Origin: an uncultured Verrucomicrobiae bacterium
Lineage (GTDB): Bacteria > Verrucomicrobiota > Verrucomicrobiia > Chthoniobacterales > JAFAMB01
Direction: 5' to 3'
Assembly (NCBI GenBank): GCA_963762565.1
Contig: CAVXLD010000005.1
Location: 288,001 to 352,000, forward strand
Length of the DNA stretch: 64,000 nt
In this document: piece after piece, positions 30,662 through 42,555 of the stretch
Numbering within the stretch: the stretch's first letter is position 1
Layout: each line of letters opens with the position of its first letter
Notes under the pieces: generated by a model
The model's database searches: none
What the model was told of the DNA's origin: nothing
What the model saw: the letters and a program-made list of their open reading frames with translations, nothing else
Translations under genes and position numbers: made by a program

Positions 30662-32159
30662 GCTACCTGTTCATCGGGCAAAGCCAAGCTCAGGACGAGA
30701 TGCTCGGAGAAATCGGCTCGGGCGATTTCGGCAGTGATGGCCCCCTCCCGCATCACGATCATCCGATCGGCAATTCCCATTAGCTCCGGTAATTCGCTGG
30801 ACACCACCACCACCGCGCAACCCCGCTCGGCTAGCTCATAGATCAGGTTATAGATCTCATGTTTCGCGCCGACATCGATGCCCCGAGTCGGTTCGTCCAT
30901 AATCACTACCCGCAAATCGGCTAGATTAAGCCAGCGCGCTAAAATCACCTTTTGTTGGTTACCACCGGAGAGCAGGCGAATCGGCTGGCGGCGGCTTGGC
31001 GTCTTGATTCCCAAGCGTTGAATGAATCGGTCGCTGATTTTGAATTCCTTGCCGAAGTCGATAAAAAACCCGCGCCAGCCGGCTCTTTGCCGGGCGGTCA
31101 GGTTAATGTTTTCGGTTACGGAGCGGATGGGAATGATCCCGCCTTCCTTCCGATCCTCCGGACAAAAAGCGATGCCGCGCCGGATCGTGTCAATGGGGTG
31201 ATGGGCGCGCATCGATTGTCCATCGACCTTGATCCAGCCCGAACGGAGTCGAGTTGCTCCAAAAATCAGCCGCATCAGCTCGCTGCGGCCGGAACCTATC
31301 AACCCAAAGAATCCGACGACCTCGCCGCTATGGACAGAGAAACTGGCGGGCCGATTCATTTGTTTTCCGGTCAGGTCGTTAACCTCGAGCCGGACAGGAC
31401 CGATGGCGCGCGGCCGGTAACTGTAGATATCGGTGATATTACGCCCGACCATTTGTTCGACTAACTTGGCGCGACTGACCTGAACTAACGAGTTATGGGT
31501 TGCCACCGTATGACCATCTCGGAGAACGGTACAGGTATCGCACAAATCGAAGATCTCATCCAGACGGTGAGAGACATAGATAAGGATCTTCCCTTGTTTC
31601 CGCAGATCTCTTACTAGACGAAAGAGGATCTCGGTCTCATGATGCGAAAGGCTGCTGGTAGGTTCATCCAAGCGCGATAATCTGCGCGTCTCGCAACAGC
31701 GCTTTGCAGATCTCTACCATTTGCCGTTCGGCGATCGACAAGGTTCTGCAGCTTAGCCCGCGGATTCAGGGCGACTCCCATTCTGCGAAGGTGTCCGTCG
31801 GCGATGCGAATAGCGTCACGCCGGCGAAAGAGCCCGTAGTGATTCGGCAAATGACCGAGTAGCAGGTTCTCCGCGATGGTCAGGTTAGGGACATAGTGTA
31901 GCTCTTGGTGAATGATCGCGATCCCGGCGGCTATCGAACTGGCAGCAGATTGAAAATGGCGTTCAGTTCCACCGACAATCAACGTGCCGCTGTCAGGTTG
32001 ATAGATCCCGCCCAGAATTTTAGTAACGTCGATCACGCGCCGTGATCGCCGATCAAAGCGTGAACCTTACCGGGTTCCGCCGTGAACGTGACCCGATCGA
32101 GCGCCCGAACCCCCGGGAACCGCTTCGTGATTTCATTCAAGCTGCAGCGAATTAACCAT
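30658..32159 (-). CDS. araG: L-arabinose ABC transporter ATPase; several frameshifts in the 5' half
   Basis: [10 protein letters not shown], garbled Walker A near 32030-32055, [32 protein letters not shown]. Confidence 0.85.
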
Positions 32160-32184
32160 ACGAACCGCAGAACGAACGGAATAT

Positions 32185-32427
32185 AAGATCCGCAGATTAC
32201 GCAGATTAACGCAGATTACGTTTAGAGGTCGTGACGCTATTGGGCAAACGTCATGCGGAAATACACAGCTTCTATTGTCGTTCAAGAGCAGATGAAAGCA
32301 AATTAAGTTCGAGCCGATTCTCGATGAAAAGAAACCAGTACTGTTAATTCCCAGCGGCAAGTTTAACTCGCTGACAGATCCAACCTATAAACGTAATCTG
32401 CGTTAATCTGTGTAATCTGCGGATCTT
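32185..32427. repeat. Palindromic element with CGCAGATTA arrays
   Basis: gatccgcagattacgcagattaacgcagattacg / cgtaatctgcgttaatctgtgtaatctgcggatc; sibling at 49082-49236. Confidence 0.85.
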
Positions 32428-32448
32428 TACATCTTCTAAGCTCTGCGG

Positions 32449-33447
32449 TTAAAGGCCGAACTCTTGGCGGATCTCTTTCAGGTTTTCCCGGTTCATCAGT
32501 TTTCCGCTGGTGAGGGTTAGCTTCGGCGGTTCCTGGTTTTGGGTAATCCAGTTGTACATCAGCGTCGATGTTTCATAACCGTGACGTTTCGGGCTGATCA
32601 AAACGGTCCCGAAAAATCCCGTCGGATTCGGCTTATTAAACTCGTTAATGGCCGATTGCGCTCCGCCGATTCCAACGCCGATCATTTTATCGGCTCCGAT
32701 ACCGCGCCCTTCGGCGGCGCGTACTGCACCGAGAACTGCCTCATCATTTAGTCCGAATGCCACCCATTTCTGGAAACGCGGATTTTTCGTGAGAGCAATA
32801 TTGGCTGCATTGAACGCGTTCTCCGTATCGGTTTTGGCTTGGGGCGCATCAATAATATTTTCCTTTGGGAATCCGGCTGCCAGCAACACTTCCGTCGCTC
32901 CGGTTACCCGATCGTGGGCGGTAGGCAATTCCTCATAGGTCACCCGAATTGCACCCACATCTTGCATGTTCCAACCGCGCTTCTTAATCTGGTCGACGAT
33001 TGCTTGCCCAACTTGTTTGCCGATTTCATGAGCCGAGATGCCCATGTGCGGCACCGACGAAATCGGGGCGCCTTTGCCATCCACGAGTTGATCGTCAACC
33101 GTCATTAGTTTGAGATGATCGGCCGTTGCCTTGGCCACAACGGCAGAGCCGAGTTTTACATCCGGCACGCAGATGATGAATCCCTGGGCTTGTTGAGATG
33201 CCAGGTTATCGATCGCGCTCATCACTTTCTCGCCATTTTCCGCTCCAATCTTCACCACCGTGAAGTTCTTTTCTTTAGCGGCCTGTTCAGCAAACTTCCA
33301 TTCATCCTGGAACCAGGGTTCTTCGGGCTGTTTCACCACAAATCCGATTTTTACGGATTCAGCATGGATGACCGTTTGCCAGGACAGGAGGAGGGCGCCA
33401 ACTAGCGTGCAACAACTTAGAACGCGTATAACGTTCAATCTTTTCAT
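32449..33447 (-). CDS. araF: L-arabinose ABC transporter substrate-binding protein
   Basis: KIGFVVKQPEEPWFQDEWKFA; signal peptide. Confidence 0.95.
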   Translation of the reverse strand: MKRLNVIRVLSCCTLVGALLLSWQTVIHAESVKIGFVVKQPEEPWFQDEWKFAEQAAKEKNFTVVKIGAENGEKVMSAIDNLASQQAQGFIICVPDVKLGSAVVAKATADHLKLMTVDDQLVDGKGAPISSVPHMGISAHEIGKQVGQAIVDQIKKRGWNMQDVGAIRVTYEELPTAHDRVTGATEVLLAAGFPKENIIDAPQAKTDTENAFNAANIALTKNPRFQKWVAFGLNDEAVLGAVRAAEGRGIGADKMIGVGIGGAQSAINEFNKPNPTGFFGTVLISPKRHGYETSTLMYNWITQNQEPPKLTLTSGKLMNRENLKEIRQEFGL

Positions 33448-33482
33448 GATGTATTTTCGGGGGGTTAATGATTTTGGGGGTA

Positions 33483-36400
33483 CTAAGCAGTTAAAACGTT
33501 CAACGCCCTGAGCTGGTCGGTTGCTTCGTAGTGGGATGTATCAAGCTCCAGTACTTGCCGGAACCGATCCTGGGCCGCAGCCGGACCTTCCAACTGAAGC
33601 AACGCCAACCCCTCCAGAAATTTCCCTTCGATTCGGTTGCGCAGGGTTAGATTCTCTTCAAAAACTAACATGTTGGGGAGGGAAGTTGCGAAGTAGTCAA
33701 TGGTGCCGGGTAGTTGCTGGAGTTCCCGGCCCCGCTCACGTAGCGCTATAAACAGATCGTTTGCCTCGGGGTTGCGTCCCAACGCCAGCAATGAGAGGCC
33801 GCGGTAGTAGGTGAATGACGAAAACGATTTTACCGCCATTTGCTGGAAATCTTGAACTTCGTTGGCGCTGGCGTTGTAAGCTTCTGTAGATTCCACCTGA
33901 TGGCCGAGGCGGTTCAATGCTTCGCCTCGCCAAAAGTTAACGTCAGACCGCGATTGCAGATAGTGGAACTCTTCGCCCAGGTTTGCCGGGGGTTGGCTCG
34001 CCGCCGTGAAGTGTTCCAAGGCGAGGACGGCCTTGCCGTTGGCCAACGCTTGCCGGCCCAACGCGATCTGGGCAATACGATATTGCTCCAGCACTTTTCC
34101 TTCTCCTCCTTCCCACGGATGGAAACGCCGTTGCGCCAATATTTCCAAGGCGGCCGTGTGCCGTTCCTTGAGATTCAACAGCGAGAGGTACTCGACACAA
34201 AAGTCGTCGCGACTGAGAACCAGCGGCAACCGCTCCTCTAACCAGGCTAGCCGGTCGTCAGGGCGATCGTTTAGTTTCTTGCGCAGCTGATCGTATTCAT
34301 AGGCGAGGCGGCCGTCGTTTGGCGCCAGTTCAACCGCCCGTTCGTAGGCTTGACGCGCTTTCGCAGGTTCTCCTTGGTGATTCCAATATGCTAAGCCCAG
34401 ATTGCGATGTAACGGCGCATAATTGGGGTCATCTTGAACTCCAATCTCCCAAGTCATGATCGCCTCGGCGTGTCTGCGGCGGTCGTAGTAAAGATTCCCA
34501 AGACCATAGGCGGCGTTACGCCGCGAGCCGGACTGAGTGATCGACCATTCCAAGATCTGGGCCTCGAACGCACGGCACGGAAAGAGAAAACTCGGATCTC
34601 TCTCTGAGCTTTGCTCAACCAAACCGTCGCCGTGACCGGTTGTTCGATGCGAGCAAATAGCCAGGCGAGCGTGAATTCGGTCATGATCGTATTTGCGCCG
34701 GGGTTTGGGGTAGCGGTCGCAACGATCGGTGACGCTTTATGCAGCTCAAGCAGTTCAATGGCTGTCCGGTATAGACCGGCCTCGATATAGTTGAACGCTA
34801 GATCCAGGATGGTTTGAGCGTCATTGCGACACTGCGCCAGAAAGGCGGCGAAGCTGCGATCGGGCTGCTGTCTGGCGAGTTCGTAAGAGGCCCAATGATC
34901 CAGCGGATCACGCCGCAACACGGCCTGGAGAATCTCGGTACTGGCTGCGCGGTCGCCATTGTTTTCAATGATAATGGCCTTGAGCACCGCGGCGAGATTG
35001 TTCTGCGGGATTTCAGAATTGGCGGCACCGAGGTGGTCCAGCGCCGCCGTAAAGTCGTTCCGCCGGCAAGCAAGCAGCGCCAGTTCATACTTCGCTGGCA
35101 GCAACCAGGCGTTATCCCAGCCGGCCTTACCAAACGCTTTCTCCGCCAGCCGATCTTGCCCTAGGAACCGATTGGCTAACCCGGAATAATAGTGCGCCTC
35201 TCCGGTCACAGGATTGGGATGAAAATCGCTTAGCCGCTGAATCGCTTTTGCCAGATGCTCGATCGCCTCTTGATATTGGAATCGGCCGATACAGCGGCGC
35301 GCGAGCGCGACTCGGCTCCGATAATCGCCCGGGTCACGGTTCACTGCTTCTAGCCAATAGTCTTCCGGGTCGCGGGTCGGATGACGATATTGTTCCAAGT
35401 GTTCACCAACCAGAAACAGCTCATCGCTGTTAGCGATTTCCGACGGTGTCTTTGGCTCTCTAGCCGGGCTTGGCAGTTGAACGGACTCCTGTTTTTCAGC
35501 GGGTTCGTACCGAAGCAGTTCGCGGCCGGCGAAGTCGACTAAGCGGATCGCTCGAATGGCAGCGCCGCCCGGAAGGATTAATTCGATCTGCCAGCACTTC
35601 CCTGGTCCGAGCGAGACCGTTTTTTCTATCCGTGCGCCGGTCGCGTCTTCGATGAAGAGGCGACCATTCTCGATTCCTTTGGGCGCGACCAAGCCGATTT
35701 CGTAACCATTGCCTTGGGAGCGGAGGCAGCGGATGGCTGCATACCGGTTGGCATTTTGAACCGGCCCGATATTTTGGATAGGCCACCAAAACTGAGAAAA
35801 TACTCGGGTCTCGTAAGGATGCAGGTAACTGAAGTCGGGCTGATTATCGGTGTAGACGCCGCCCATCAATTCTAAATAGGGCGCTGCGTCGTCGCTAAGT
35901 TCGCGATCCCAAGCGCGGCCAAAAGCAGCATGACCCCAGGTCCATTGCTTCTTTCCCGGTGCAATCGATGGATCAGCCACGTGAACAAACCCGCCGTTGG
36001 CGCGGTAGTCGAAACCGCCAACGAACCCATAAGCGGAATCGACAACCATGTAACTGGTAGGAACTGGAATGTTCTCGTAAGAAGTAAGATCGTTTCGACC
36101 CGGACGATTCTGGTAGTCGACGCCATAATAGTATCCCGAAGCGTTGGGGAATGACGTGATAGCCCGTTTTGCGTGGTCGGCGACGTAGTGAACATCTGGT
36201 GGAAAGAAGCTCTTGTAGTCTGCGTGGACCTTCACCGCGGCGTTCGCCCACCACAAGAAAGTTTGTAGATAGGGTGTGCGGTTAAACAACCGCACCCGAA
36301 GCTCGACTAACGCTGAGTCCGAAGTTAGCCGGACCCCGTGCATTCCTTTCAAGCGATTTAACGGGTCGTGCTCGGACATCCAAGCCGTGACTGACCCATC

Positions 36401-36832
36401 CTCTGAGCGCTCGATGGCCCAATCCGTCGGCATAAATGTTCCTGGCCGATGATGTTGCGGCCAGTTGAATTCTACTCCGCCGGAGATCCAGGGACCAGCC
36501 AGCCCGACCAACGCCGGCTTGATCACTTTTTGGTGATAGAAGATATCGTAGTCATGATTCGTCTTATCCTGAATTGCATGGATGCGGCCTCCGAAATCAG
36601 GCAGAAGTAGGACGCGGACGAATTGATTTTCTAAACGGATGCCCTGGTACCGTTGGACCCGCGGTACGTCGAATACTTTATCAATGAAGGGCAGGGGGTA
36701 GACCTTCCCGTTCGATCCTTGATAAACCCGTTTTTCGAAGAATAAGGGATGCTTTTCCGGGTCGCTAACCGGATAAGTCGGATATTCAACGGTTACTTCT
36801 TCGGCCTGGACGAGCGCTTGTATCATGTTCAC
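33483..36832 (-). CDS. DUF5107-domain/TPR protein; frameshift in the (TC)n run at about 34600
   Basis: KRVYQGSNGKVYP, IKPALVGLAGPWISGGVEFNWPQHH, FHPWEGGEG, TPR helices. Confidence 0.88.
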
Positions 36833-37002
36833 GGATCTCGCGGTTCAATCTGAACGGTTTCAACGGATCGCCGGAGCAACGCGGCTACGGGTTTCCGGGG
36901 GGTACACCGATCAGCTCCACATCCAATTGCCTAGCTCAAGACCGTGGGTAATCCCATAGAAGATCCCTGGAATTACATGGACTTTCTTATTATCTATTTA
37001 GG

Positions 37003-37896
37003 GTGCAGCGAATTCGCATCAAGGAAGGCTTTCCCGGGCAGCGTTTGGTTGTAGTCCCGCCGGAAATCGTTAGTCACTCGCTGGAGCTGCCAGTCTGCCA
37101 ACTACTCTTTCCTACGCACATCGGAGGATTCAACCAGGCTAAGTATCACTTCGTGGAGAGGCGTCACGGGACGCCCGAATACATCCTGATCGTTTGTTTG
37201 GCGGGGATGGGCTCCTGCCGTTTAGGGACCAAGACCTGGCGCTTGGAGAAAGGGCATGGCATCATTTTGCCTCCGGATGTTTATCATCGCTACCAAGCCG
37301 ATCAGAAGGAACCATGGACGATCTTTTGGGTTCACTTCATCGGCGCAGCTGCTCCTGCCTTCCAAAACGCTCTTGATGTCAGCCTGAGTGAGCCGCGCTT
37401 CTGGATCGGCGATCTGGCGATTGCCATCGATGCATTTGAAGAAACCTATCGCTATGTTTTGAGCGGATACACGGACAGAGACCTCCTGGGCCTCACGACT
37501 TCTTTGACCCACCTACTTGGTCTCTGCCGCATTCACCAAAAATCGCCGGGCTTGCGGCGGCGCATGGCTGAAGATCGAGTGCTGAGATCGATCCGCTATA
37601 TGCGAGATAACGTCGGGCATCCCGTCACGTTGAAAGATTGCGCCCAATCTGCCGGTTGGTCAGAGGCGCATTTCAGCCTGGCATTTAGAAGACAGACCAA
37701 TCTTTCGCCGATGCGGTTTCTGACCCGGCTTAAGATGCATCGCGCCTGCGAGCTGCTAAAGACTACCGAACTCTCGATTCAGGAAGTCGCCCTGGCAATC
37801 GGGGTAGAAGACCAGTTCTACTTTTCCCGATTGTTCCATCGCCATTTGCGGATGGCTCCGACGGCCTATCGCCGAGAATTTTCCCTGGTGCGCTAG
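37003..37896 (+). CDS. AraC-family transcriptional regulator
   Basis: EGFPGQR, cupin PWTIFWVHF, DQFYFSRLF HTH. Confidence 0.95.
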   Translation: MQRIRIKEGFPGQRLVVVPPEIVSHSLELPVCQLLFPTHIGGFNQAKYHFVERRHGTPEYILIVCLAGMGSCRLGTKTWRLEKGHGIILPPDVYHRYQADQKEPWTIFWVHFIGAAAPAFQNALDVSLSEPRFWIGDLAIAIDAFEETYRYVLSGYTDRDLLGLTTSLTHLLGLCRIHQKSPGLRRRMAEDRVLRSIRYMRDNVGHPVTLKDCAQSAGWSEAHFSLAFRRQTNLSPMRFLTRLKMHRACELLKTTELSIQEVALAIGVEDQFYFSRLFHRHLRMAPTAYRREFSLVR

Positions 37897-37957
37897 CAAC
37901 GCCGTCAACGAGATCCGTTCGTTCCCCGGCGTTGCCGGCGTTCAAAGGGGCCTTACC

Positions 37958-38269
37958 TTAACCTTGGCCGCTATTAGACTTGTTTCCCACGTCTCGAACA
38001 GAGTCCCCTGCCTTTTGAAGCCCCTTACCGACGGTTCGTTCGGTTGCCTTGGCGCCGTTCGAAATCGTATTTCCGGTTGCTTTCGCGCCGTTCGAAATCG
38101 TGCGTCCGGTGGCTTTTGCGCCGTTCACGATCGTGTCACTGGTCTGTTGCGCGACCTTCTTTACCGTATTTGTCGTCTTTTGTACCGGTCCTTGGTCATC
38201 GGCTTTCACCGACAGGAACGGAACACCAGCCGCGATCATAGAAAACAAAATGATTTTCCTCATATCCAT
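37958..38269 (-). CDS. Small secreted protein with 11-aa repeats (TISNGAKATGx)
   Basis: Signal peptide, RBS gggaggag, three 33-bp tandem repeats. Confidence 0.8.
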   Translation of the reverse strand: MDMRKIILFSMIAAGVPFLSVKADDQGPVQKTTNTVKKVAQQTSDTIVNGAKATGRTISNGAKATGNTISNGAKATERTVGKGLQKAGDSVRDVGNKSNSGQG

Positions 38270-38332
38270 CTCCTCCCTTAAAGATCGAAAGCGCCGCTCA
38301 CTTCGGACGTATAGAAAACGCCGTCAATTGGA

Positions 38333-38553
38333 AGGAGCTAGGAGCTAGAAGGGGCCTGTCGTTCTCGTCCTCGTCGTCGTCCTCGTCCTCGATTGAGGCG
38401 TCTTTCGGCCGCTCGCACAATTCGTCCTTTTGGCGAGGCGGCTGGCTTTCGGGGAGACGGCTCGCCACGCCAAAATTTCGAGGACGAGGACGACGACGAG
38501 GACGAGAACGAAGCGCTGGGCGAGTGGCGCCCGAACTCCTAGCTCCTAGCTCC
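38333..38553. repeat. Nested palindrome: GGAGCTA arrays around GACGAG-family arms
   Basis: ggagctaggagctag...cgttctcgtcctcgtcgtcgtcctcgtcctcga / tcgaggacgaggacgacgacgaggacgagaacg...ctcctagctcctagctcc. Confidence 0.85.
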
Positions 38554-38562
38554 TTTCCTGCC

Positions 38563-39663
38563 CTACCGGAAATCAGGGACAGGGTGAATCGCTGCCAAGG
38601 GCCGGGGACGTTCGCAGGTCGATTTAATCTCAAACGAGGTGTCGCCGGCTGCTTTTGTCACGATGGCTTGGAGGACCTCAAGAACGTGGTATGCGAGGTC
38701 GCCTGAGGCGCGATGCGGTGTTCCTGTGACCATGGCCGCCGCCATATCGGCCAGCCCAATGCCGCGATAATTTCCGTCTCCGTAACTGTGGCTATGGGCA
38801 ACATCGGTCCATTTGCCACCGGGTCGGATTAACCGGACGTTGCCGCCGAAGAAGTTCGGGTCCGGGACCTGCAATGAGCCTCCGGTCCCGTAGATCTCGA
38901 TCGGAGGATGAGTATGCCCACTAACGTCAAAACTTACCGTAAGATTAACCGCTGCCCCCGAGTGAAACTCTAAGATCGCGGTGACGTAAGTTAAGACTTC
39001 AACTGTAAACTCAGTTCCTTGTCGTGGTCCGCTGCCGATTATTCGTTTCGGTTGTGCATTTCTTCCAATCGACAAAACGTTCTTAACCGGACCCAGTAGG
39101 TTCACCAGTGCGGTGACGTAGTAAGGACCCATGTCCAAGACGGGCCCGGCTCCCCTTTGGTAGAGGAACTCAGGACTAGGATGCCAACTCTCCGGTCCTC
39201 CGTACATGAAGAACGCGGCGCCACCAATCGGTTGCCCGATAGCGCCTTCATCCACTAACTTCCGAGCCGTCTGGTGACCGCCGCCCAGAAACGTATCGGG
39301 CGCGGAGCCGACCCGTAGCCCTTTCGCGGCGGCCGCATCCAAAAGGGGTTGAGCCTCTTCTCTGGACAAGCCAACCGGTTTTTCGGCATACACGTGTTTC
39401 CCCGCGTCAACAGCGGCTCTACTGACCGGTACATGGCTTTGGGGGATGGTAAGATTTAGAATGACTTCGATTGAGGGATCCGCGAGCAGATCGTTAACGC
39501 TCATTGCCTTTATTCCGAAATCCTTCGCTCGAACATTGGCATTTTCCGGAATCGCGTCTGCGCAAGCCACGATCTTGAACTGCGGAAAGTTCGATTTCAG
39601 ATAGACGGCGCTGATATAACCTGCACCGATAATTCCAACGCGTTTGGGTTCAATGGCGGTCAT
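38563..39663 (-). CDS. Gfo/Idh/MocA-family oxidoreductase
   Basis: GIIGAGYIS, GKHVYAEKP, APDTFLG, DMGPYY; start at MTAIEPK. Confidence 0.93.
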   Translation of the reverse strand: MTAIEPKRVGIIGAGYISAVYLKSNFPQFKIVACADAIPENANVRAKDFGIKAMSVNDLLADPSIEVILNLTIPQSHVPVSRAAVDAGKHVYAEKPVGLSREEAQPLLDAAAAKGLRVGSAPDTFLGGGHQTARKLVDEGAIGQPIGGAAFFMYGGPESWHPSPEFLYQRGAGPVLDMGPYYVTALVNLLGPVKNVLSIGRNAQPKRIIGSGPRQGTEFTVEVLTYVTAILEFHSGAAVNLTVSFDVSGHTHPPIEIYGTGGSLQVPDPNFFGGNVRLIRPGGKWTDVAHSHSYGDGNYRGIGLADMAAAMVTGTPHRASGDLAYHVLEVLQAIVTKAAGDTSFEIKSTCERPRPLAAIHPVPDFR

Positions 39664-39915
39664 TTCGGAGTGGAGTGGAGTAATGGAGTAATGGAGTAAC
39701 GGAGTAATGGGGAGTGTGCAAGTGGTGGGAGCCAGGAGCGAAAGGGCGAATAGGCGCACCGGCGACAGGCGCTGGGTACAGCTACGAATGGGACCTATAG
39801 GACACAGGTGACTTATGCGACATGATCATATAAGACCTATCGACCCACGCCGGTTCGCCGGTGCGCCCATTCGCCCATTCGCCCATTCGCCCAGCTTTCG
39901 CTCCCGGCTCCTGTC

Positions 39916-40482
39916 CTACAGCCCTAACGCCTCCGCATCCGCCTTCATCGCGTCCAGCACCAACTGAATATGTTCATCGAGCGGGATGCCGAGCGCCTCG
40001 GCGCCATGCGCAATCTCATCGCGATCAACCGGCGCGGCGAACGCTTTGTCTTTCCATTTCTTTTTTACCGACTTCAATTCGACATCCGCTATTTTCTTGG
40101 ATGGGCGGACTAGGGTGACTGCAACGATGAACCCGGTTACTTCATCCACCGCGTAGAGTGCCTTCTCCAGCTTCGTTTCCGGCATGCGGCCTGTCACCTC
40201 CGGTGCGTGCGACAAAATCCCTTGCACGATGGTTTCGTCGACCCCGCATTCACGAAGGATCCGCGCGCCGACCGATGGATGACCTTCAACCGAAATGTCC
40301 GGATACCGTTCGTAATCGAAGTCGTGGAGCAACCCCACCACACCCCATAATTCTGGATCTTCGCCGAACCGGGCTGCATAAGCCCGCATCGCACACTCCA
40401 CCGCCAGCATATGCCGGCGTAGAGAGTCGCTTTGGGTGTATTCAGTGACGAGTTGCCAGGCGTAATCGCGAGAAGGGAGCAT
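39916..40482 (-). CDS. HD-domain phosphohydrolase
   Basis: SLRRHMLAVE, GLLHDFDYE, LVRPSK; start at MLPSRD. Confidence 0.92.
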   Translation of the reverse strand: MLPSRDYAWQLVTEYTQSDSLRRHMLAVECAMRAYAARFGEDPELWGVVGLLHDFDYERYPDISVEGHPSVGARILRECGVDETIVQGILSHAPEVTGRMPETKLEKALYAVDEVTGFIVAVTLVRPSKKIADVELKSVKKKWKDKAFAAPVDRDEIAHGAEALGIPLDEHIQLVLDAMKADAEALGL

Positions 40483-40638
40483 GGGATCTGAGAGGTGATT
40501 GGTGATGCGTGATGGGTGATCGGTGGCCGAGACGTGGGTCGGTACCAAGTAACACTCTAGCTCCGAGACATCGGTGACACCTTCGTTGTCTAAGGTTACC
40601 GGTTTGGGCCGGTGTTTCCACCAATCACCAATCACTAT

Positions 40639-41337
40639 TCACCAATCACGACCTTTTAGCCCCTGGACCCCCAAGCTCTCGCGAAGCCCGTCTTCCCCCG
40701 CCTCAGTTATCAACAACGCCCGACTATCTTCAATCCGTCTCACCCATTTCATCCGGAAGCAGAATTGGGCGAGAGTCGCTCCGATGGAACCAGCGATGTG
40801 GAAACGGCGTTCGCTCCAATCCATGCAAGGACGGCAAAAAACGCGGCGCCGGCGCCGCGATCCGGCGACATCGACTCCCAGGTCCGCCAGGAACACTTCA
40901 CCGGTCTCTGTCAATTCTCCGCCTTCCGGTCCTAAGATCAGGTGCCCTTTTCGAATCAGAGAATCAGCGATGGCGACACCGATCTCGCCCGCCAGGTGGT
41001 CGTAGCACATTCGCGCTCTCGCTAATGTGCGGTCGCGGAAAGCTGGCACCCGCTTTGAATTGGAAGCGGCGACGGTCATGATACTCTCCAGCATTTGGCT
41101 CACGGTTGATGAAGCCACGCGAAAATAGCGAAAACGACCTTGGGTGGTGAACGTGATAATGCCCGCCTTGACCAGCTTGCTCAGGTGTTCGCTGGTAGTC
41201 TGGGGGGTTACTTTGGCGGCGTAGGCTAACTCTTTGGCGGTCAATGCCCGGCCGCTTAGTAAGACCGACAACATTTCTGCGCGGGCCCTGTCGCCCACCA
41301 GCGCCGCCACCTCACTCATTGAAGTCGACACTGACAT
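40639..41337 (-). CDS. ArsR/SmtB-family regulator
   Basis: GDRARAEML, TTSEHLSKL, ARMCYDHLAG, CMDWSERRFH. Confidence 0.93.
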   Translation of the reverse strand: MSVSTSMSEVAALVGDRARAEMLSVLLSGRALTAKELAYAAKVTPQTTSEHLSKLVKAGIITFTTQGRFRYFRVASSTVSQMLESIMTVAASNSKRVPAFRDRTLARARMCYDHLAGEIGVAIADSLIRKGHLILGPEGGELTETGEVFLADLGVDVAGSRRRRRVFCRPCMDWSERRFHIAGSIGATLAQFCFRMKWVRRIEDSRALLITEAGEDGLRESLGVQGLKGRDW

Positions 41338-41381
41338 CCGAGCAAACTCTCACAAGACGACTCCCAGACAAGCGTCGACAG

Positions 41382-41397
41382 TTCGGCCGGCGCCGAA
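41382..41397. promoter_or_regulatory. Candidate ArsR operator palindrome
   Basis: ttcggc-cggc-gccgaa between the divergent ArsR and hydrolase genes. Confidence 0.4.
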
Positions 41398-41442
41398 GCG
41401 TCCGGCTTTGATCTGATCAACTCACGTCCATAACGTGTCGGC

Positions 41443-42555
41443 ATGGAGAACAAAATGCCGGCCGCTTCTGATGTGCCGAAGGAGCCAGCTCTAATCTGGG
41501 AAGAACCGCGCCTGGATCCCAAAGAAGTACATTTTCGAATCCCCGGCCCAAAGGACGACTTACGGCTTTTCCTGAGATATCTTCCGCCGGCTGACGAGGC
41601 TGGAACCGCGATCGTTCTGTATATCCACGGCGCCACCTTTCCTTCGGCGCTTTCTATCGCTCACCGATTCGATGGCCGTTCTTGGCGGGACGAATTGTGC
41701 GAAGCTGGATTTCACGTCTGGGGTTTGGATTTTCAGGGCTACGGAGGCTCCGACCGATATCCTGAAATGGCTGCTCCCGCCGATCTCAACCCCGTTCCGG
41801 GCCGGGCCGAGGATGCGGCCAAACAGGTTGAAACGGCAGCCCGGTTCATTGTGGACTTTCATAAGGTACAAAAGATTTCAGTGATCGCCCATTCTTGGGG
41901 GAGCATGGCCGCCGGTCGGTTCGCCAGCCAACGCCCAGAGTTGGTCGACCGGATAGTATTTTTTGCGCCGATCTCGATGCGTTCGATAGGGACGACCTCC
42001 TGGTCATCCCCATCTACTGGAACCTGGCGATGGATCACGCTCCAAGCTCAATGGGATCGATTCACGGAAGATGTACCGGCGGGACATCCGGCCGTGTTGG
42101 CGAAGAGACATTTCGATGAATGGGGCGAGCTCTATCTGGATACCGACCCCGAAAGCCGGTTACGTGTTCCTGCCAGCGTTAAGGTGCCGGCCGGTCCAAT
42201 TCACGATATCGCGGCCGCCTGGAGCGGCGATCTGGCTTATGATCCGGGTCAAATCAAGGCGCCGGTTGCTATTATCCGGGGTGAATGGGACGAGACAACA
42301 AGTGCTGCCGATTCCGCCTGGCTTTTCGCGGCCTTGAGTTCATCCAGGTTGAAACGTGAAACCACGATCGGAGGTGGCACTCACCTGATGCACTTGGAAC
42401 GGAACCGTTATGCTCTCTATCGAGAGACGGAGACCTTCTTGCTGGGCAAAGACGAACCTCAAGGCGCTTCGTTCTCGTCCTTCCGCCTTCGCCAACGTCC
42501 TAGTTGTGGAGCGCGCCTCGCTTGCGAGGCCGACCTCGAGCGGTGGCAACATTGA
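41443..42555 (+). CDS. Alpha/beta hydrolase
   Basis: YIHGATF, DFQGYGGS, AHSWG nucleophile elbow, RGEWD, GTHLMHLE. Confidence 0.92.
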   Translation: MENKMPAASDVPKEPALIWEEPRLDPKEVHFRIPGPKDDLRLFLRYLPPADEAGTAIVLYIHGATFPSALSIAHRFDGRSWRDELCEAGFHVWGLDFQGYGGSDRYPEMAAPADLNPVPGRAEDAAKQVETAARFIVDFHKVQKISVIAHSWGSMAAGRFASQRPELVDRIVFFAPISMRSIGTTSWSSPSTGTWRWITLQAQWDRFTEDVPAGHPAVLAKRHFDEWGELYLDTDPESRLRVPASVKVPAGPIHDIAAAWSGDLAYDPGQIKAPVAIIRGEWDETTSAADSAWLFAALSSSRLKRETTIGGGTHLMHLERNRYALYRETETFLLGKDEPQGASFSSFRLRQRPSCGARLACEADLERWQH

